Source: Bilabrum cf. latius
Taxonomy: Eukaryota
NCBI GenBank assembly: GCA_965178125.1
Contig: OZ237738.1
Span: 434,001 to 498,000, forward strand
Direction of reading: 5' to 3'
DNA length: 64,000 nt
Each line of letters begins with the position of its first letter. Positions within the stretch are counted from its first letter, which is position 1. This document shows positions 60,366-64,000 of the stretch, one piece after another. Made by a program: the position numbers and the translations under genes. The notes beneath the pieces are model-generated. The model was not told the DNA's origin. It saw only the letters and a program-made list of their open reading frames with translations, and did no database searches.

Positions 60366-63300
60366 ATGTCTGGGCAGGCATCTGCAGAGGACCTCAACAG
60401 AGTGGCGTGCTATCCAGGTACTTCACAGAAATACGACGTTCTGCTAGGAGATGGCTTGCTGGGCCGCCTTGCTCAGGTGCGTTGCGTCACAGTAGCTGAA
60501 TCAATCGCCTGTGTTAACCTCTGGGCTACCTCGTGCTATCTGCCCATGCACAGCCTCTCTTTGCGCAGGAAATCAAAAATGTTGTGCCTAGTGCTGGTCC
60601 GATCGTGGTGATTTCGGATGAGAATGTGTGGAAGCACTGGGGCGCCGTGGTGTCCCGATCCTTTGCTGTCGCCGAGATGCCGCCTCCGCTGGTTCGGGTC
60701 GTCCCGTCGGGCGAGCCCACTAAATGCAGGGAAATGAAGCAAGAAATCGAGGACTACATGCTTCAGAACATGTGCCACAGGTCTTCGTGTGTTGTTGGGC
60801 TTGGTGGTGGAGTCGTGGGAGACCTCGCCGGCTTCGTCGCAGCCACGTACATGCGCGGCATAAAGTTCATTCAGGTCCCAACTACTTTGCTGGCAGTGGT
60901 AGACTCCAGCATTGGCGGCAAGACGGGAATCGACACGCCTGGCGGCAAGAACCTGGTGGGCGCCTTCCACCAGCCAAAGCTGGTGATTGCAGACATCCGC
61001 GCCCTCTCCACCCTGCCGGTCCGGGAGCTGCGCAACGGCATGGCAGAAGTCATAAAAGCAGGTGCAATCGCAAACGAGGACCTTTTCATCGCCTGCGAGG
61101 ACTCTGCAGACGCATTCGATGCGGCGGTGGCAGCCCTAGAGGAGGCCCGCTCGTCACACGGCAGCACCAGCACCAGCCAGGATCGCGGCAGCCGTGGCGT
61201 GGATGCAGGTGCCAGCGGTCCTTCTTCCGGGGCCGGTGCCGCGCCGGTTGCTGGCGAAGATCGCTCGGTCCTCGTCCGTGCGGCGACAGACTCGCTTGTG
61301 GAGGTGCTGCTGCCGCTGCTCACTGCCTCCGTGCAGGTCAAGTGCGAGGTGGTGACTGCAGACGAGAGAGAGGGCGGCCTTAGGGCCATCCTGAACTTTG
61401 GTCACACGATCGGGCACGGGATCGAGGCCCAGCTGGCCCCTCGCTGGCTGCATGGGGAGTGCGTGGCCGTGGGCATGGTCAAGGAGGCGGAGGCAGCGAG
61501 GCAGATGGGGTGCTGCGACTCGAGCGTGGTGGGGAGGCTCCAGCGGGTCTGCAAGGCCTACGGACTGCCCGTCAGGGTGCCTGACGAAATCGACTGCGAG
61601 AAGTGCATGCGGTCAATGGGGAAGGACAAGAAGAACTCGGTGCAGGAGGGCAGCAGCGGCTCCGGCCACGGTAAGCCGAGCCGCGGGGAAGAGGTACCCG
61701 AGGAGGTGCTGGAGTTGACCGCGAGTCCACTGAACAAGGTCTCCATCAAGTGCGTCTTGCTCAAGGAGATCGGAAAGGTTGTGACGCCGCCGCACGCCCA
61801 CGCCGTCGAGCACCAGCTCCTCCGTCGGCTCGTGTCGCAGTCGGTGGCAGTCGGGGCGGGGGAGATTTTGCAGACTGCCTATCCTTCGGCCAAGACTAGA
61901 GGCGCAGTGGATGCGGCAAGCGGGGACGGGTCGAGCGGGAGCGCGGCAGCTCCGAAACCGCAAGGCACCGAGCCGGCCCCGATCCGCATCCGCGTGCCCG
62001 GATCCAAGAGCATCTCAAACCGCGTGCTTCTCATGGCCGGCCTCGCGAGTGGGACGACGCGGATCACCGGTCTGCTGCAGTCGGACGACACGCAGGCTAT
62101 GATGGGTGCCCTCACTGCCGTCGGGGCCAAGATGCGGTGGGAGCTAGGGGAGGGCGGAGGCCCCGTGCTAGTGGTGACCGGCACTGCGGGCGCGCTCTCG
62201 GCTCCGTCGAAGCCCCTCCTATTCATCAAGAACGCGGGAACCGCTAGCCGTTTCCTCACCACCGCCTTGTGCCTGCTGCCGGCTCTTGAAGGTGACGGCG
62301 TGGTGCTCGACGGCAACTCGAGGATGCGCAAGCGGCCGGCTGGACCACTGGTTGACGCGCTCCACAGGCAAGGATGCGAGCTGGCCTACGAGCCTATCGA
62401 AGGAGAGAAGGGGCCTCCCAGCGAGCGGCGGGCGCTGCCGCTGCGCTTCCGAGGGGGTGGTCTGCCCGGCGGCAGGATCGAGCTGGCGGCCAAGGTGAGC
62501 TCGCAGTACGTCTCATCCATCTTGCTCTCTGCGCCGTACGCCAAAGAACCCGTCGAGCTCGTGCTTGACGAGGAAAAACCCACTTCGCTGCCTTACATCG
62601 AAATGACCACGGCGATGATGAAGCAGTTTGGCGTCGAGGTGGAGCAGCTGGCTCCAAACCACTACAGGATCCCGAGCGGCTGCTACTCGTTTGCCGGAGG
62701 CGACGGATCCAAAGTGTTTGAGGTGGAGGCAGACGCATCGTCGGCGACCTACCCTGCAGCCTTCGCGGCGGTGACAGGGAGTGCCGTTCTTCTGCAGGGG
62801 ATTGGCAGCCGCAGCGTGCAGGGAGACGCAGAGTTCTCCATGCTGCTCAAGCGCATGGGCTGCAAGGTGCACCGAACCCACTCCACGACCACCGTGATTG
62901 GGCCCCCTCCGCGACCGCTAGTGCTGGACACTGCAGCCGGCGCATCTGCAGATGACGGCTTGATCGGACTGGGCAGCGTCGACATGAGCACCCAGACAGA
63001 CGCCTTCCTGACCATGGCGGCAGTCGCAGCGCACTCAGCTGGCGAGACGCACATCTTCAACATCGAGAACCAGCGAGTCAAGGAGTGCAACAGGATCCAG
63101 GCAATGCACGATGAGCTTGCCAAGTGCGGGGCTAGGACGGAGACTCGCCAGGACGGTATCCTCATCGCGGGAGCCGTCGCGGGCGAGGGGCTGCAAGGCG
63201 CCAGGATCCACTGCTATGACGATCACAGGGTTGCGATGGCCATGGCGGTATTCGGCGCTGGCCTCCTCGCCAGGCGCAGGGCCGCGAGCGGGCTGCTTAG

Positions 63301-64000
63301 TGCTGCACCCGTGTGCCCGATCGTGCTGGACGACCCTCTCTGCGTGGAAAAGACGTATCCCGAGTTCTGGGACCACCTGGAGACCATCCTCGGCGTGGAC
63401 GTCTCGGCAGCCGATGCAGGCGCGCTGTCCCCAGGTAGTGTCGCGGAGGTCCTGCACGCCAGGCTCGCGGGGACGCAGGGTTCTCGAACCGGCGGCTCCA
63501 CCCAGCCTGCTGCCCCGGGCCTGGCGGATCTTGCACCGAGGAATCTGCTGCAAGCGAAGCCGCGACAGCTGATCAACGCCTCCCTCGCACGACCCTTCAT
63601 GTCTGCGGTAGTCATTGGGATGCGGGGCGCGGGAAAATCGACACTCGCCCGAGCTGCAGCCGCTGGCCTGGGGCGCCCGTGGCGGCACATCGACCTGGAC
63701 GAGGTCCTCGTGAACGAGGAAGGCCGCACGGTCCAAGAAATCGTCGCGGAAGTAGGCTGGCCTGGGTTCAGGGCGAAGGAGGTCGACGTGCTTCTGGACT
63801 GCCTCTCCAGCGATGACCTATCCCAGCATTGCGTCATCTCGTGCGGCGGCGGAATCGTCGAGTCGCCCGTTGCGCGAGCTCTCCTCAGGGCGTACGCGCA
63901 GGGCGGTGCCGCGTCAGTGCGAAAGCTGGGGATCGAGTCGGGCTTGGTTCGGAAGAGTGCGGACGGCTCCGCGGCCTCGATCATCGCGAGCATGGATCCG
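60366..64000 (+). CDS. ARO1: AROM multifunctional shikimate-pathway protein, 5' part (DHQ synthase, EPSP synthase, start of shikimate kinase); runs off the window. Exons 60366-60476 and 60569->64000
   Basis: DHQ synthase: GGGVVGDLAGF, PTTLLAVVDSSIGGKT, LNFGHTIGH, LHGECVA. EPSP synthase: PGSKSISNR, NAGTASRF, SSQYVSS, RVKECNR, DDHRVAM, KTYPEFW. Shikimate kinase: IGMRGAGKST. Missing from the ORF track because no stop occurs before the window end. Confidence 0.95.
60477..60568 (+). other. Spliceosomal intron (92 nt, phase 0) in AROM
   Basis: GTGCGT...TTGCGCAG; joins ...LLGRLAQ to EIKNVVP...VVISDENV in frame. Confidence 0.8.

Noticed and set aside
1-64000. Widespread pseudogenisation, C-to-T damage or sequencing error as the cause of in-frame stops
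   Set aside because: Such processes would also create TAA (from CAA), TGA (from CGA/TGG) and frameshifts. Only TAG is seen, in essential genes with intact catalytic motifs.
1-64000. TAG as pyrrolysine, Leu, Glu or Tyr
   Set aside because: The informative conserved columns (DEAD-box motif Ia, Dph ALQFP, dehydratase HPQALAQC, aminotransferase KIQS and SSI.Q) are Gln, and one TAG abuts a CAG run.
1-64000. Bacterial or TAG-recoded phage origin
   Set aside because: GT-AG introns and eukaryote-specific genes (SMC5, DDX18, presequence-bearing bL32, AROM, COG8-like) indicate nuclear DNA.

Overview
Gene-dense, intron-poor, GC-rich eukaryotic nuclear DNA. The style and gene content suggest a heterotrophic protist, possibly a stramenopile (inference only). 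The supplied ORF track looks shattered because this genome appears to read TAG as glutamine. In-frame TAGs sit at invariant Gln positions of conserved enzymes (PTRELAI*, AL*FPD, SHPQALA*C, KI*S..SSIG*), while TAA and TGA never interrupt a reading frame in my manual read. With TAG=Gln the window resolves into 16 tightly packed genes. In order: SMC5 (3' end), mitochondrial bL32, a ~4,511-aa unknown protein, a trifunctional arogenate dehydratase-dehydrogenase-prephenate aminotransferase, a GH18 chitobiase, a hybrid cluster protein with a mitochondrial-type presequence, a ~3,051-aa coiled-coil protein, a MORN-repeat protein, a cyclophilin-DDX18/Has1 fusion, DPH2, a ~3,177-aa membrane pseudo-cyclase/AGC-kinase fusion, an unknown protein, an N-acylated EF-hand protein, COG8, a type I membrane protein and AROM (5' part). 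Six GT-AG introns and an 8 x 67-bp tandem repeat are also visible. All calls come from manual translation and motif recognition; no database searches were run.
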